Below are positions 46,295 to 58,013 of a stretch of DNA of 64,000 nt, one piece after another. Every line of letters starts with the position of its first letter. The first letter of the stretch is position 1. The notes beneath the pieces are model-generated. The model saw only the letters and a program-made list of their open reading frames with translations. It was not told where the DNA came from and made no database searches. The position numbers and the translations under genes were made by a program. Origin of the DNA: an uncultured Rivularia sp. (lineage in GTDB: Bacteria > Cyanobacteriota > Cyanobacteriia > Cyanobacteriales > Nostocaceae); NCBI GenBank assembly GCA_963665115.1, contig OY762007.1, forward strand, positions 5,856,001 to 5,920,000, read 5' to 3'.

Positions 46295-48115
46295 TGATTT
46301 TCTTGTGGTACAACAACCATCAACACCACCACAAAATTCCCAGTTTGATAAGTTGTCTAATTTAATGAAATCACAATCTGGGTTAGTACTGCTCGGCTGC
46401 TTTGCTAGTATTGGTATTTTCAAATTAATTTCTGGAAGTAATTATAAAGGTAAAGTAGCTACTAGCTATTGGGGTGGTAGTCGAGAAAAATCCCAAGCAG
46501 CCAAGAAAGCGAAGAAGCAGATATCTAAACCAATTCGTAATTCTGTCGGATTATATGTTGGAACTCCCCCTTACATCAGAACTGCTTTACAAAAACAATG
46601 GTATTCTCAAGGTTTACTCAATGCTAAACCAAATCTTAGTCAACAAATTCTTTCTTCCAATTCAACTCTTTATGTACCAGATGCTCAAAGAGGGATAGCT
46701 GTTATTGGTGCAGCTGGTTCTGGTAAAACGTTTTCGGTAATAGACCCCCTTAATTCGTAGCGCATTCGACCAAGGATTTCCAATGCTGCTCTACGATTTT
46801 AAATTCCCTGCACAAACTAAACGAGCTGTAGCTTATGCGATGAAGCGGGGTTATTCCGTAAGAATATTTGCACCGGGGTTTGCTGAAAGTGAAACTTGTA
46901 ATCCGTTGGATTTATTGAGAGATGAAGAAGATGCCATTGCAGCAGGACAACTTACACAAGTTATTTCTCGTAACTTTGACAGAGGTGCAAATGCTAGCAG
47001 CGATAAGTTCTTTGAGGAAGCTGGAGATTCTTTGGTTGAGGGGATTTTACTTGTAACAAAGGCAATTAAAACTTTAACAGGTGAAGATAAGTATTGTGAT
47101 TTAATGATGGCTCAAGCGATTTTATCATTACCAAATTTAGCAGCTAGACTCGAAGCAGCATCAAAAGAAAAACTAAAAGTCTGGACTTCCCGACCATTAT
47201 CGCAGTTAATCAGCGTCAAAGATTCAGAAAAAACAGCTGCATCAATTATTGGTACAGCACAAAGGATGTTCCAACGCTTTCTCAAAAGAGATTTTGTAGG
47301 TGCATTCTGCGGTCAAACAACCCTTCCTTTGGATTTAGACGGGAAACAGTTGATTGTTTTTGGATTGGATAGAAACAACAGAGATATTGTCAGTCCACTG
47401 CTTGCTGCAATTCTTCATATGATTGTAACCCGCAATATAACTCGGACAGTACCACGCACTGACCCTTTGATTGTTGCTTTGGATGAGCTACCGACATTCT
47501 ATTTACCAGCACTCGTCAACTGGTTAAACGAAGGACGCGAAGACGGTTTCGTCGGTATTTTGGGTTATCAAAATATTGCTCAACTTGAGAAAGTATATGG
47601 GAAAGAATTATCGCGAGCAATATTAGGAGGTACTGCAACTAAGTTTATTTTTAATCCCCAAGACCCCCGAATCTGCAAAGATTTTCAGCGATTATTTGGG
47701 AGAGATGGAGATTAGATTTAATTCTAAATCTCAAAGCACTGGTAAAGGAGGTGGTTCTCGTAGCAGAAACGAACATCATCAAAAGCGACATTTATTAGAA
47801 CCCGCGCAGTTTGCCAAAATGGGGACTGGTAGAGCAGTAATCATTAATCCAGCTTATAGTCGTGGCACGGAAGCATACGTTCCCTTGCTCCATAAAATAA
47901 AGGTTCCCCCTAGTGATATTGAAGAAATGAATTGGTCGGAAAGTAAATGGGATTTTGTGCGGGAACGACTGGTTGGAAATAATAAAGTTAGTGTTAGCGA
48001 TGAAGAACGTTCTGCACAGTTTTTAGAGCGTAAAGCATTAGCAGAAAAATTATTTCCATTACCCGAAGAAGGAGAAGATTTGGCTTCTCCAGAGGAATTA
48101 AACAACATTTTTTAA
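46287..48115 (+). CDS. virD4: VirD4/TraG type IV coupling protein; +1 frameshifts at 46745-46749 and 47664-47668
   Basis: TM, Walker A GAAGSGKT, YDFK, CNPLD, Walker B ALDELP, GYQNIAQL..VYG and RHLLEP. Confidence 0.9.
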
Positions 48116-48126
48116 AGTTAAATAAT

Positions 48127-48453
48127 ATGGTAGAGAAAATAATTAATTTTAGTTCAGAAGTTTCAGATTTTTTATCGCAATATCCTAAATGGTTAGAAAT
48201 GGTCATTGAAGCACAAGATAAACCAGTTATAGATAAAAATTATTGTCCTCATGTAATTGAAATATTTGACCAGCATGGTCTGTTGGCTGGAAAAATCAAC
48301 GGATTATCCGCTTATGAATGTACTAGAGATATTCAACATAAAAGTGATTTTAATGCTTGGCTAATTGATGGAGAATTAGCTGTATTTTATGTTGGCTCTT
48401 CCTTAATTGTAAATCGTTTGGAAGCAGTAGCTGTAGTTAACAAAGGAGAGTAA
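48127..48453 (+). CDS. Hypothetical protein
   Basis: 108-aa ORF tightly packed between co-oriented genes. Confidence 0.6.
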   Translation: MVEKIINFSSEVSDFLSQYPKWLEMVIEAQDKPVIDKNYCPHVIEIFDQHGLLAGKINGLSAYECTRDIQHKSDFNAWLIDGELAVFYVGSSLIVNRLEAVAVVNKGE

Positions 48454-48458
48454 ATGAA

Positions 48459-49826
48459 ATGCCAAATATATTTACTGTCAACGAAAGTGACGCAACAGCA
48501 ATGCAGCAGCGTTACGAACAATTAATTGAAGTATTATTAAAAGCTGTATTGGATGTAGAACAAAATTCGGACAAACAAGGATTAAAAATATTTGATGGGG
48601 ATAAATTAGTTTATGGACGTGATGAAAATCAATTTCGTGATGAAGTATCTGGTTTCTCAGGAGAGCTATTAAATCCTCAATTAATAACACAACTTCAAGA
48701 ATTACGTTCAACTTCTGTTGGGGAAGTTGTAGATGGGGCTGCTAATAAGAGAATTGAATTAGATGGCAAAGTTCTCTTACAATCTGATTCGGAAGGTAAG
48801 GTAATCGTTAACAATTTTTTGGAGCAAGAAGCTGTTAAAGATAAAATTCCACAAAATTTAGAATATTGGGAAAATCTAGGTAATATTAATCAAATTAATC
48901 AACCAGAATTATCGCCCTTTGAGCCTAATCATACAAACTCACCTCCCGTTTCGGGTTCCACACGAGTAACTGAATCATTACAGTTATTAGAAGATAGTCC
49001 TTTGAAAACATTATTAAGTTCAGAAGTTGAGCAATTGAAAGCAGAAGTAAAAGCACTACAGCAAGAACGTAATTTATATCAGGAATTAATAGAACAAAGA
49101 TTAAAGCAACCTCAAAATACTTCTTGGTGGCAGCAAATAGTTAATAATGCATCAACTGTAGTCTCTAGTGTAACTTCTGCTGTAAAGATAGGAATAAATG
49201 AATTTAAAGAAAATTCAAAGCAACATCAATTTGCAGCATCAATCAAAAACTTATTTCAATTACAAACTCAACCGGGAGAAAATCAGTATCAAGCGGGTGA
49301 TTATCAAATATCTCGCAATGGTTCTTACTACGACGTAAAAGATTCAAGTACAGATAAACTTTTAATGCAGTTTCGGGACACTAATTTAGGAGTCAAAGTA
49401 GAAAAAAGCGATTTAGTAAACTTTGAGATTCAAGATATTAATTCCTTACAAAAATCATTACGTAAAAATGAGCCAATTCCAACATCTTTTGCTCCAGTCG
49501 GGAAACAAGAAGCCGAATATTTTGCTCGTGTTGAGAGAGTTACGAATGCACTTATCGAATATGCTACTGCACAGCAACGAGATGTAGAAATTGATGGACG
49601 ATTTTCTTATAAATGGAAAGCTAGTCCTGATGGTAACGTACAAATTGAAGCGAAAGATGGACGCGGTAGTTTACTTGAAAAAACTGGTGGACAATTAACA
49701 AGTAATATGAACGAACGCGATTTAATTTATTTTGAGCAAATTTTACCTAAGTTGCAGCCAAGAAGTCAAAGACAAGTAATTGCATCTCAAGCTAATCAAG
49801 CTACCGATAACAGCTTAGAAAGATAA
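48459..49826 (+). CDS. Hypothetical protein with a coiled coil and C-terminal SLER
   Basis: 455-aa ORF with an AGGAG RBS. Confidence 0.7.
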   Translation: MPNIFTVNESDATAMQQRYEQLIEVLLKAVLDVEQNSDKQGLKIFDGDKLVYGRDENQFRDEVSGFSGELLNPQLITQLQELRSTSVGEVVDGAANKRIELDGKVLLQSDSEGKVIVNNFLEQEAVKDKIPQNLEYWENLGNINQINQPELSPFEPNHTNSPPVSGSTRVTESLQLLEDSPLKTLLSSEVEQLKAEVKALQQERNLYQELIEQRLKQPQNTSWWQQIVNNASTVVSSVTSAVKIGINEFKENSKQHQFAASIKNLFQLQTQPGENQYQAGDYQISRNGSYYDVKDSSTDKLLMQFRDTNLGVKVEKSDLVNFEIQDINSLQKSLRKNEPIPTSFAPVGKQEAEYFARVERVTNALIEYATAQQRDVEIDGRFSYKWKASPDGNVQIEAKDGRGSLLEKTGGQLTSNMNERDLIYFEQILPKLQPRSQRQVIASQANQATDNSLER

Positions 49827-49835
49827 TTTTATTAT

Positions 49836-51404
49836 ATGAAGTTCGATAATTTGAATTTATACCTAAATTCTGGTATTCCAATTGTTTGTATTAATGCTCC
49901 TTTACCAGAACGAATGAACGTATTATCCGAAATTTATATTGAATGCGCTCAAATACGAAATATTCCCCTTTATGTATGGAATGCTGGCTGGGGATGCTTC
50001 AAGAAAGTAAAATATAATTCGCATTCAATTAGGAGTTTTATTAATCCACAACCTAAACATAGTAATATTTTTACTAGTTTTGATTCTTTATTAAATAATG
50101 AGAAAGCAGGTATTTTTATATTTGAAAATCTATCATCATTAATCAGCATACATTCTCCACAAATTGTATCGTATTTAATCAATATTTACTTTGAGTTTAA
50201 GAATAGTAATAAATTAAAGTATTTAGTGATTTTATCAACTGATAATGTAGAATTACCAGAAGCTTTAAACAGTTTAATTCCTACTATTTCTTATCCATTA
50301 CCTGGTAAAGAAGAAATTATTCAATTGATAGAAACATTCTTATGTGATTCACCAGGAATATTAAATAAAGAATCTTTAATCAGTGCTTGCGCTGGTTTAA
50401 CAAGGGAGGAAATATCTAATGGGTTAAATATTGCACTAAATTCCTGTTCTCAATTAAGTTATGACATTTTCGTTCAACAGCTGCTTGAATATAAAATCAC
50501 TCGCTTTCGCTCTTTTAATTTAAATTTTATTGCTAAACCCAGCATTCCTGATTTTGGTGGTTTGGATTTACTTAAAAAATATATACAAAATGTCAAATAT
50601 GACTTTTTACCTCAAGCACGAACAGCGAAAATTCCTCTTCCTAAAGGGTGTTTATTAGTAGGACCACCGGGAACCGGAAAAACTTTATCAGCTAATGTCA
50701 TAGCCAAAATATTAGGTTTTCCTTTAATTAGTGTAGATACTGCTCTTGTGATTACTGATGGTGCTATTTATCTTAAACGTTTGCTAGAAAGGGTAGAAGC
50801 TTGTGCCCCCGTTGTGATGTATTTTGATGAATTTGATAAACTTTTTGCTGCATCTAAATCTACGGGTGAAGATATCAGTTCTCGCCAAATTTTAGGAACA
50901 TTATTAACTTGGTTGCAAGATAAAACAAGTGCAGTGTTTGTAGTTGCAACTCTAAACCGACTTGATGCATTACCACCGGAGTTAACTAGGGTAGGAAGAT
51001 TTGATGAAATATTTTATGTTGGATTCCCCCAAGCGATTGAGCGGAAAGAAATTCTGATGATGCATCTTGCGAGATTTGATAGCCGTTATAAAAATGGCGA
51101 TGTGCTTACAGAGAAAGAATGGCGAATTGTACTTAATAAAACTGTTAACTGCACGGGTGCTGAGTTATCGCAAATCGTTCAAAAAGCTGCTCGTGCTAAG
51201 TTTCATCTAGGTGAAAAGATGCAGATTGGGTTACATGAACTGTTAGAGCAACGAGAAATGATGGTTCCTTTATACGTTCGAGATACCGATAGAATTTTGG
51301 CGATCGCCAACCGTGCAAAGTATATTACTCAACCAGCATCTAGTCCTGACACGTCGGTTTTCGCTCCTGCAATCAGTAGCTTTTGGGGAGAAGTTTCCTC
51401 TTGA
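49836..51404 (+). CDS. Ycf46-like AAA+ ATPase
   Basis: GGLDLLK, LLVGPPGTGKT, YFDEFDK, ATLNRLDALPPELTRVGRFDE. Confidence 0.88.
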   Translation: MKFDNLNLYLNSGIPIVCINAPLPERMNVLSEIYIECAQIRNIPLYVWNAGWGCFKKVKYNSHSIRSFINPQPKHSNIFTSFDSLLNNEKAGIFIFENLSSLISIHSPQIVSYLINIYFEFKNSNKLKYLVILSTDNVELPEALNSLIPTISYPLPGKEEIIQLIETFLCDSPGILNKESLISACAGLTREEISNGLNIALNSCSQLSYDIFVQQLLEYKITRFRSFNLNFIAKPSIPDFGGLDLLKKYIQNVKYDFLPQARTAKIPLPKGCLLVGPPGTGKTLSANVIAKILGFPLISVDTALVITDGAIYLKRLLERVEACAPVVMYFDEFDKLFAASKSTGEDISSRQILGTLLTWLQDKTSAVFVVATLNRLDALPPELTRVGRFDEIFYVGFPQAIERKEILMMHLARFDSRYKNGDVLTEKEWRIVLNKTVNCTGAELSQIVQKAARAKFHLGEKMQIGLHELLEQREMMVPLYVRDTDRILAIANRAKYITQPASSPDTSVFAPAISSFWGEVSS

Positions 51405-51448
51405 AATTCTGATAGACAGTTGTAAATTTGCATTTCTCAACACAAGAT

Positions 51449-52274
51449 TTACTGTTTTCCTTTTAAAATAGCTCTTTCAATCAGCACATTAATAGCTTCT
51501 GTTGCACAAGCTTTTAAAATTGCAGTCGCCAACCTATTACCTCTATTTGCAAAATGCTCCCATATCGATAACCAATCTCGAATTAATAGTGCATACACAC
51601 TTTTAAAACCTTGTTTCGTCATCACTCTGCATTCGGTGATATCCTTCGACAGATTTAAATCAGATAGGGTTCTTGCCTTCTTAGATGAATAATTAACCAA
51701 CCAGTCGGGGGTCATGTCCAATGCACCTTAATCCTTCCTGGTATTCAATACGATATTCCCCAGACTGCAATACTAAAACTTGGATGCTTATATCAGCTTC
51801 TATTTCGACAGACAACGGATTAGCTATTTCTACCCAATAACGACCAGAGAAGAAACAAGGGTTTGGCGTATTACCAGATGCTGGTTTAAAATTGCATAAC
51901 GCTTTAATTAAAGAATGCCATTGGGGACGAGAAAACTGCACGGGGTGTTCATCTAACTCTCCATTCTTCAATAGTGTAGATAAGTAAATTGCTGCCACAG
52001 ATAAGGGATAAACTTGAACCTCTACACCATTTTCAATTTGCACTGTTAAAATCTCTAAGCTTTGCGATTCAATAAACGAGCGCACAATGTTTTTGGGCTG
52101 ACCAATTAATAGTGCCATTTGACGGTCGCTCATAAATAAGGCACCATTAGGAAGTTGATAAGCTTTCCAGGAAAAATCATGGTAATGCCATGAAGTTGTT
52201 GATACTCTCGGTAATTGTTTATCACAATATTGATGAGCATTTGGGTTGAAAATTATGTTGTTTGCTTCATTCAT
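51449..52274 (-). CDS. Hypothetical protein with two related putative DNA-binding modules; +1 frameshift at 51707-51711
   Basis: AYQLPNGALFMS and VLVLQSGEYRIE start parallel modules; ends GNRLATAILKACATEAI. Confidence 0.55.
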
Positions 52275-53007
52275 AACTACAACTTGTTAACTGTTATCAA
52301 CAGATTAAATTGAATCAAATTTTAACAATTTGACTAACGAGATTGCTGCTAATTGATGAGAAAGATATTTCTGTTTTATTTGTAAAAAAACCAGACATCT
52401 TTGTCCGGTGTTTTCGCCATTTTTGCTGTCTTCGGTTACTTTTATAAATTCATTACTTCAACAAGGGAGAAAGAGAAAATAGCGCCTTAAAAACTTACTT
52501 TGTGATTTTCCTCCCTAGTAGTTGTTATCTCCCGTCAGTTGTGAATTATAAATAGTCCTAACTTTACAGAAAATTCAAATTTGAATGTCAGTTAATTCAT
52601 ACTAGCTTAAAAAAATACAGGCTTCAAATAACTACAACATTTAATGATATTTTGCTGAAAAATTAAAATAATGATTTGAGTTATAAGAGACAAATTATCT
52701 ACATAAAAAAGCAATTTTTTTAAATATATATACGTAGTCGATAAATATTCTCATTTGAAAAATATTCGGTTACTATGCATCAAATATACTGTCACCACAT
52801 TGATACAATATACAGGTCAAGGCATCTTAACAAAAATAAATATTACTCATAGTATCTTCTATGCATTGAATAACACTTATATGAGCAACCTTTATGCTAT
52901 CAATAGTTTTTCTGTAGGGCTGATAAACATATAGTGATTTTAATTACTTATTGCACTGAATTTTTACTATTCAATTAAAATTTCAATTAAATACAGCAAT
53001 TATGATG

Positions 53008-54589
53008 TTAATAGTCTACAATTTGCTGTTTAGTTGTTGAAAACTTAGTAGCATTAGGGAGAATTTTTCCTATGGACTTAAATCTTTTTTCTGACATTTC
53101 AACAACTATTTTTGATATATTCTTGAGATATTCGGATGGTAATGTTGCATTTTCGTCATCAATGGTGAGATAAAGCGTTCTGTGTTCGTGAGGTGCATTT
53201 CTTACCATAATCTTGAGTGCATCTATTGGGGAAGAATTTAGAACTGCTGTTTCTATCAATTCGCGATTATCTCCACCTACACTCAAATGAAACCAGCCAC
53301 TTGAACGTCTGCTACCAGAATGAATCGTAAACTTGTTTTCGCTGTTTTTCAAAGAATACAAATAAGCTCCTGTTGCTCCTCCATCTAAATTCCGGGCTAT
53401 AAATACTGCATTGCAATTAGTCGAAGCATACAATAAACCTCGTTGTCGTAAAGTTTTCAAAAGTCTTTGGGGAATTGAATGCTCGCGATTAAGGTAGTAT
53501 TCGACCTCATTAAAGTTCTTAGAAGACGCTTCGGGTGGTACGAATGTAGAGAAAGGTGTTCTTTTAGCAATACTTAGAGCGTGATTAGAAACTGTATTAA
53601 GCATACCTGTTTGACCAAATCTGTCGCGCAACCAAATTATCGCATCGTCGAGGTTACACCTATTCGCGTCCATGATCAAAGACAATGGATTATCTGAATG
53701 CTTATATTGCAAAAGTCCTAGTTCGTAAGCAATTTCAGATAATGGTATGTCCTGTCTGTACTCGTTTGTTTTAAATAGCTGTAATTCTGTTTCTATCTGC
53801 TGGCGTAATTTTTCGCTCGCAGATGCGGTTTGTTTCCATTGTGCGAGTTGTTCGAGAATTTGCGAACGCTCCCTTAGTTGATGATTAATTATTTCAAATT
53901 GTGGACTTAGTAATTCAATTATCCTTTGTCTATATACTTCACTTGATTCTTGTAGTTGTGGCTGAGGTAGACTTGGTTCCAAATCCATTAATTGAGAATC
54001 TTGATTTACTGCACTATAGTATTTTTTGACTTTAGTGTAAGTTGCAACACTTCCTTTTACACCACGGATGATTCCTAGATGTTTTACAGAAGAAGCGAAG
54101 CTATCCTGTAGCTGATACATTTTCGCTCTCGTACCGAATAAAGCCTTACAGTTAAGCTTTCCTCTTTCATCTAACGGTACGAGATAAGCGTGAATGTGAG
54201 GTGTCATTTCATCAAGATGTAACTCTGCTTTTACTATGCGATCGCCCCAGGAATTGTCTAACCATTTGACAACTGCGTCCACAAAATCGTCTAAACGCTG
54301 TTTGTCATAACTTCCACCTTCATATACTGCATTGGGGACGGAAGTATTCGGCGCTTGCACTCAGTAACATCTCTACAGCCAGAACAGCATCAGAACGGTA
54401 TTTTTGAGAACCAATTTTATTTTTAACCTTTGAAACTAAATCAAGGTTGTCATAATCTCCGACTATTTCTAAGTTCTTTATCTGGAGATTAGCATTAGGT
54501 GTATATACTTCTCTTTTAGCGTGAGCTTCACTGCGGGCTAAAGCTCCCCAAGATTTTATTTTCTGGATTCGACAAATTGAGAAAGCCAT
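53008..54589 (-). CDS. mobV: MOB_V (Pre/Mob) relaxase; +1 frameshift at 54334-54337
   Basis: MAFSICRIQKIK, EAHAKR, RSDAVLAVEMLLSAS and HLDEMTPHIH; C-terminal primase-like extension. Confidence 0.9.
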
Positions 54590-55207
54590 ATATTTTTATT
54601 TAATAAAATAATAACTATTGATTTTACTTACTGTTATCGCATTTATTGATAAGTATGCAGAATTATTGTGCAAAAATATCTAAAAATAGCCAAAATATAT
54701 ATCTTTTTAATTACGTATTTTTTAAACACAATAAGTAATATTTTAGTCATGCTAATTGTGTATAAAGACTGATGATTGCCATTTTTGCGACTTTTTCAAG
54801 TTAATATATCAAACACCTTTATATGGTCAAAACTGGTAATTATACATAAGCAAAGTTTTAAGATGATGTTCCTAGATATAAGCATAGAAATAAATACAGC
54901 AATACAACAATTTTAATTGATGTAAAATTAACTGTCGCTGCTTTTATACTGCTATTTTTTGACACTTTTTATCTAAGTATATTATCTTCCTTTAGTTATA
55001 TTGCAGAAATTAGTATTAGTTTGCTAACAAGGTAATTAAGGTTTTTATTGAATTAATGAGAAATAACGAACAAGACGGAATATTTGAGCTATTAGCTTTG
55101 TTAATCAGATGTGCTGCGCTGGTAAACCATTATTCAGGAATAAAGAACTATGAGCAATTTAATATTTAACGTGATATCTCTTTAATATTTCTCAGCCATC
55201 ATCCAAA

Positions 55208-55235
55208 ACAAAGGTGTAGTGTGTTTCACCTTTGT
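55208..55235 (+). other. Candidate oriT (MOB_V-type hairpin)
   Basis: ACAAAGGTG-TAGTGTGTTT-CACCTTTGT: perfect 9-bp inverted repeat whose loop resembles the pMV158 nic region TAGTGTG/TTA. Confidence 0.45.
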
Positions 55236-55512
55236 AACTAATAAAAAGCTGGAATATTTTATGCCGTATTTTTAACGGTGTATTTAATATTTTCTCAAAT
55301 TACCACCGAATTTAGTCATTTAAGGCTGTGTTTTATCTTTTAAATCCTTTAACCATAGTATCTAGACAGGTGTTATGAAAAGTAAACAGTAAAAAGGAAT
55401 TATAAGGAAAATGGAGATGAAAATAACCGAAAACTCCATAAGTTTGATTAATAATCTACCTTTATTTTCCTTTGCTTTCCTTGAAGTTGCCGCATTAAAT
55501 TAATTAAATTTT

Positions 55513-56620
55513 ATGAGTAAAAACACTCAACAAAAAAATAATTCATCTCCCTTATTAATTCTGGCTTTGGATTTTGGAGGAAGTTCAACCAAAGGTATTT
55601 ACTCGACTTCAATGCGGAATCAAACAGCATCCTTAGTAATGGAACCGGAAGTGGTAAAAATTTCAAATGATTCAGTTGCTTCTGAAGTTTTGGGTGCAAC
55701 CGAACCAGAAAATGCTGCATGGGTTAATTACATGGGTGAAACTTTCGCTGTGGGATATTTGGCGAAAAGTAAGTATTATGCCAATCAGGGATTACAAGAA
55801 TTAAAGTACGAACGTGCAGTTGCGAAAACATTAGCTTTTGTATGGGCTATCTCGCAGAAACTTCAGTTAGGTCAAAAATTTCGACTAGCTCTTATTTGTT
55901 TGCTGCCACCAGGAGAGTTTGAAAATCGAGGGAGTTTTCATAGAAATCTTCAAGCAATACTTGCTGGTTTCATAACTCCAACAGGTAAAATCCAGGTTAA
56001 ATTGACCGAATTCAAGTGTTTACCAGAAGGTGCGGGAATATATCTTGCCTACCAGAAGAAATTAGCACAGCAAATCAAAACTAAAACTATTGCATTGGTG
56101 ATGGTGGGTTATAGAAATGCATCGGTGTTAATCAGCGATAAGGGGATAGTTGCACCTGATGGAAAGACAAGCGAATTAGGAATGATTAGATTACTAGAAA
56201 AAGTTGTTGCTAGAACTTCCGGACAAAACCCTTCGCAATTAGCTCCTGCTGTAGTTGCTGCTGGTAGCGATATTTCTACAAATCCTCTTACAAAGTTGTT
56301 GAAAAGCACTAATAACGTTAATAAACGGCATGAGTTGATGCAAATACAAACAAGCATAAAACTTGCTAGAAGTGAATATGCAGCAGTACTCATAAGTTGG
56401 TTAGACCAGGTAGTTCCCCGTTCAATTGTTTCAGAAATCTTATTTTGTGGTGGAAACTGCTGACTATGTGAGGAGAGAGCTAAATTCTCATTATTCCGGA
56501 ACACCTTGTTTATGGGGAGTGGGAGCAGATATTCCTGCACAACTTGATAACTTTGGTTTGGGAAGTCGTTTGGCTGATGTTTACAGCGTATTTTTATACT
56601 TTTCACAACAGGTAAGTTGA
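55513..56620 (+). CDS. parM: ParM/StbA actin-like ATPase; +1 frameshift at the A run 56454-56456
   Basis: LALDFGGSSTK, LPEGAG, MVGYRN and LFCGG then TAD. Confidence 0.85.
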
Positions 56621-56979
56621 TGTTAAAACAAATAGATTTCCGTTGGCGTTATCAACCGTGTAAACCAATGGATGTCCAATTAATGAGTTATATTCAGTGC
56701 AATCTGATGACTAGTAAAACTCAAATGATGCTTTTAGCAGTGCGCTCATTTTGGTTAACTCATGCTGTGGCTAATTGTTCAGATGATGAAAAAGAAGTAC
56801 AGCGTATAGCTAGAAGTTGCATACAAGCTTTGAGAAAGCAGGCGCAAGAGATTGTTGAATTAGCAGGATTGGAAGATGCTCCAACATTTTTAACCCAATA
56901 TCCATCAATTTCTAATTCCAGAAGCAAAGATATAGAAAATCATGTTTATGATGATGCGGGTTTGAGTAATTTCATGTAG
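56617..56979 (+). CDS. Small protein coupled to ParM, a ParR-like adaptor by position
   Basis: Start overlaps the parM stop; 120 aa with an acidic tail. Confidence 0.5.
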   Translation: MMLKQIDFRWRYQPCKPMDVQLMSYIQCNLMTSKTQMMLLAVRSFWLTHAVANCSDDEKEVQRIARSCIQALRKQAQEIVELAGLEDAPTFLTQYPSISNSRSKDIENHVYDDAGLSNFM

Positions 56980-57011
56980 AAACATTTTGAATCATGAGAA
57001 TGTAGATACTT

Positions 57012-58013
57012 ATGAGTTATAGAAAAATGAAACGAAAAAGAGGCAGACCTAGAAAAACTACTTTAACTCTTCGAGAAGATATGCAGATTGAAAATAATTC
57101 CGAAAAATTAAATGTGGGTAACAATGAATTGCCGACAAATGAAGAAAATTATGATTGGGATAAAGAAATTGATGGCTCGTTCGTCAACAAAGAAATTACA
57201 GAACCTCCAATCAATGGAAAACCAGAGGTAGAACTTAGTACAAGTAATGATAACAACGATGAAAAGCAGCAAACATCAACTAATAGTTTTGTGAGAGTAG
57301 AGAAGGAAAATAGTTTCAAAGAACCAACAATTATTCACATTATTGATGGAGAAAAAGGAGGATGCGGTAAATCGTTTTTTTGTAGGACGTTCATTGAATA
57401 CTGTAATTCCATCGCTTACGATATTGCAATTGTCGATGCGGATATTAGTAACAAAGATATAGCTACTATTTATCCGTCGGTAGAGGTTGCTTTCTTCAGT
57501 GATGATGAAAAGCTAGCATCCAAAGCCGATAAAATATTTGATTTAGCTTTTGAAAAATCTGTACTTGTTAATCTACCCGCTCAAGTTTATTCAAATGTTA
57601 CTGATTGGATACAACGTAATGATTTAGTTAATTTGGGTAAAGACAATTCAATTAAGTTTATTAAATGGTTTGTTTGTATGGGAGGGGTAGATTCTGTCAA
57701 TTTCTTTCTTAAGTCGTTGAACGATTTTGGAAATGACATTACTCATGTATTTGTAAGAAATCAAGGATTATGCGACGAATGGGAGTATATAAACCAGATG
57801 CCAGAATTCCAATCGGCTATTAGCGATTACAACTTTATGATTATGGATTTCCCTAAATTTCCGTTTTGGGAGAGAAACATGATTGACCGCTTGGGGATAA
57901 CTTTCGATATGGCGATCGCACATCCGGAACTGAAAGTTATTCCTAAACAACGGGTGAAAAATTTTCTTAAAAAGGCTTATGCTTCTTTAGCTGCAACGGA
58001 GTTAATTCAATGA
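57012..58013 (+). CDS. ParA/MinD-like P-loop protein (MobD-like) with an N-terminal AT-hook
   Basis: Deviant Walker A DGEKGGCGKS, VDADISN, LVNLPA; N-terminal KRKRGRPRK. Confidence 0.7.
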   Translation: MSYRKMKRKRGRPRKTTLTLREDMQIENNSEKLNVGNNELPTNEENYDWDKEIDGSFVNKEITEPPINGKPEVELSTSNDNNDEKQQTSTNSFVRVEKENSFKEPTIIHIIDGEKGGCGKSFFCRTFIEYCNSIAYDIAIVDADISNKDIATIYPSVEVAFFSDDEKLASKADKIFDLAFEKSVLVNLPAQVYSNVTDWIQRNDLVNLGKDNSIKFIKWFVCMGGVDSVNFFLKSLNDFGNDITHVFVRNQGLCDEWEYINQMPEFQSAISDYNFMIMDFPKFPFWERNMIDRLGITFDMAIAHPELKVIPKQRVKNFLKKAYASLAATELIQ

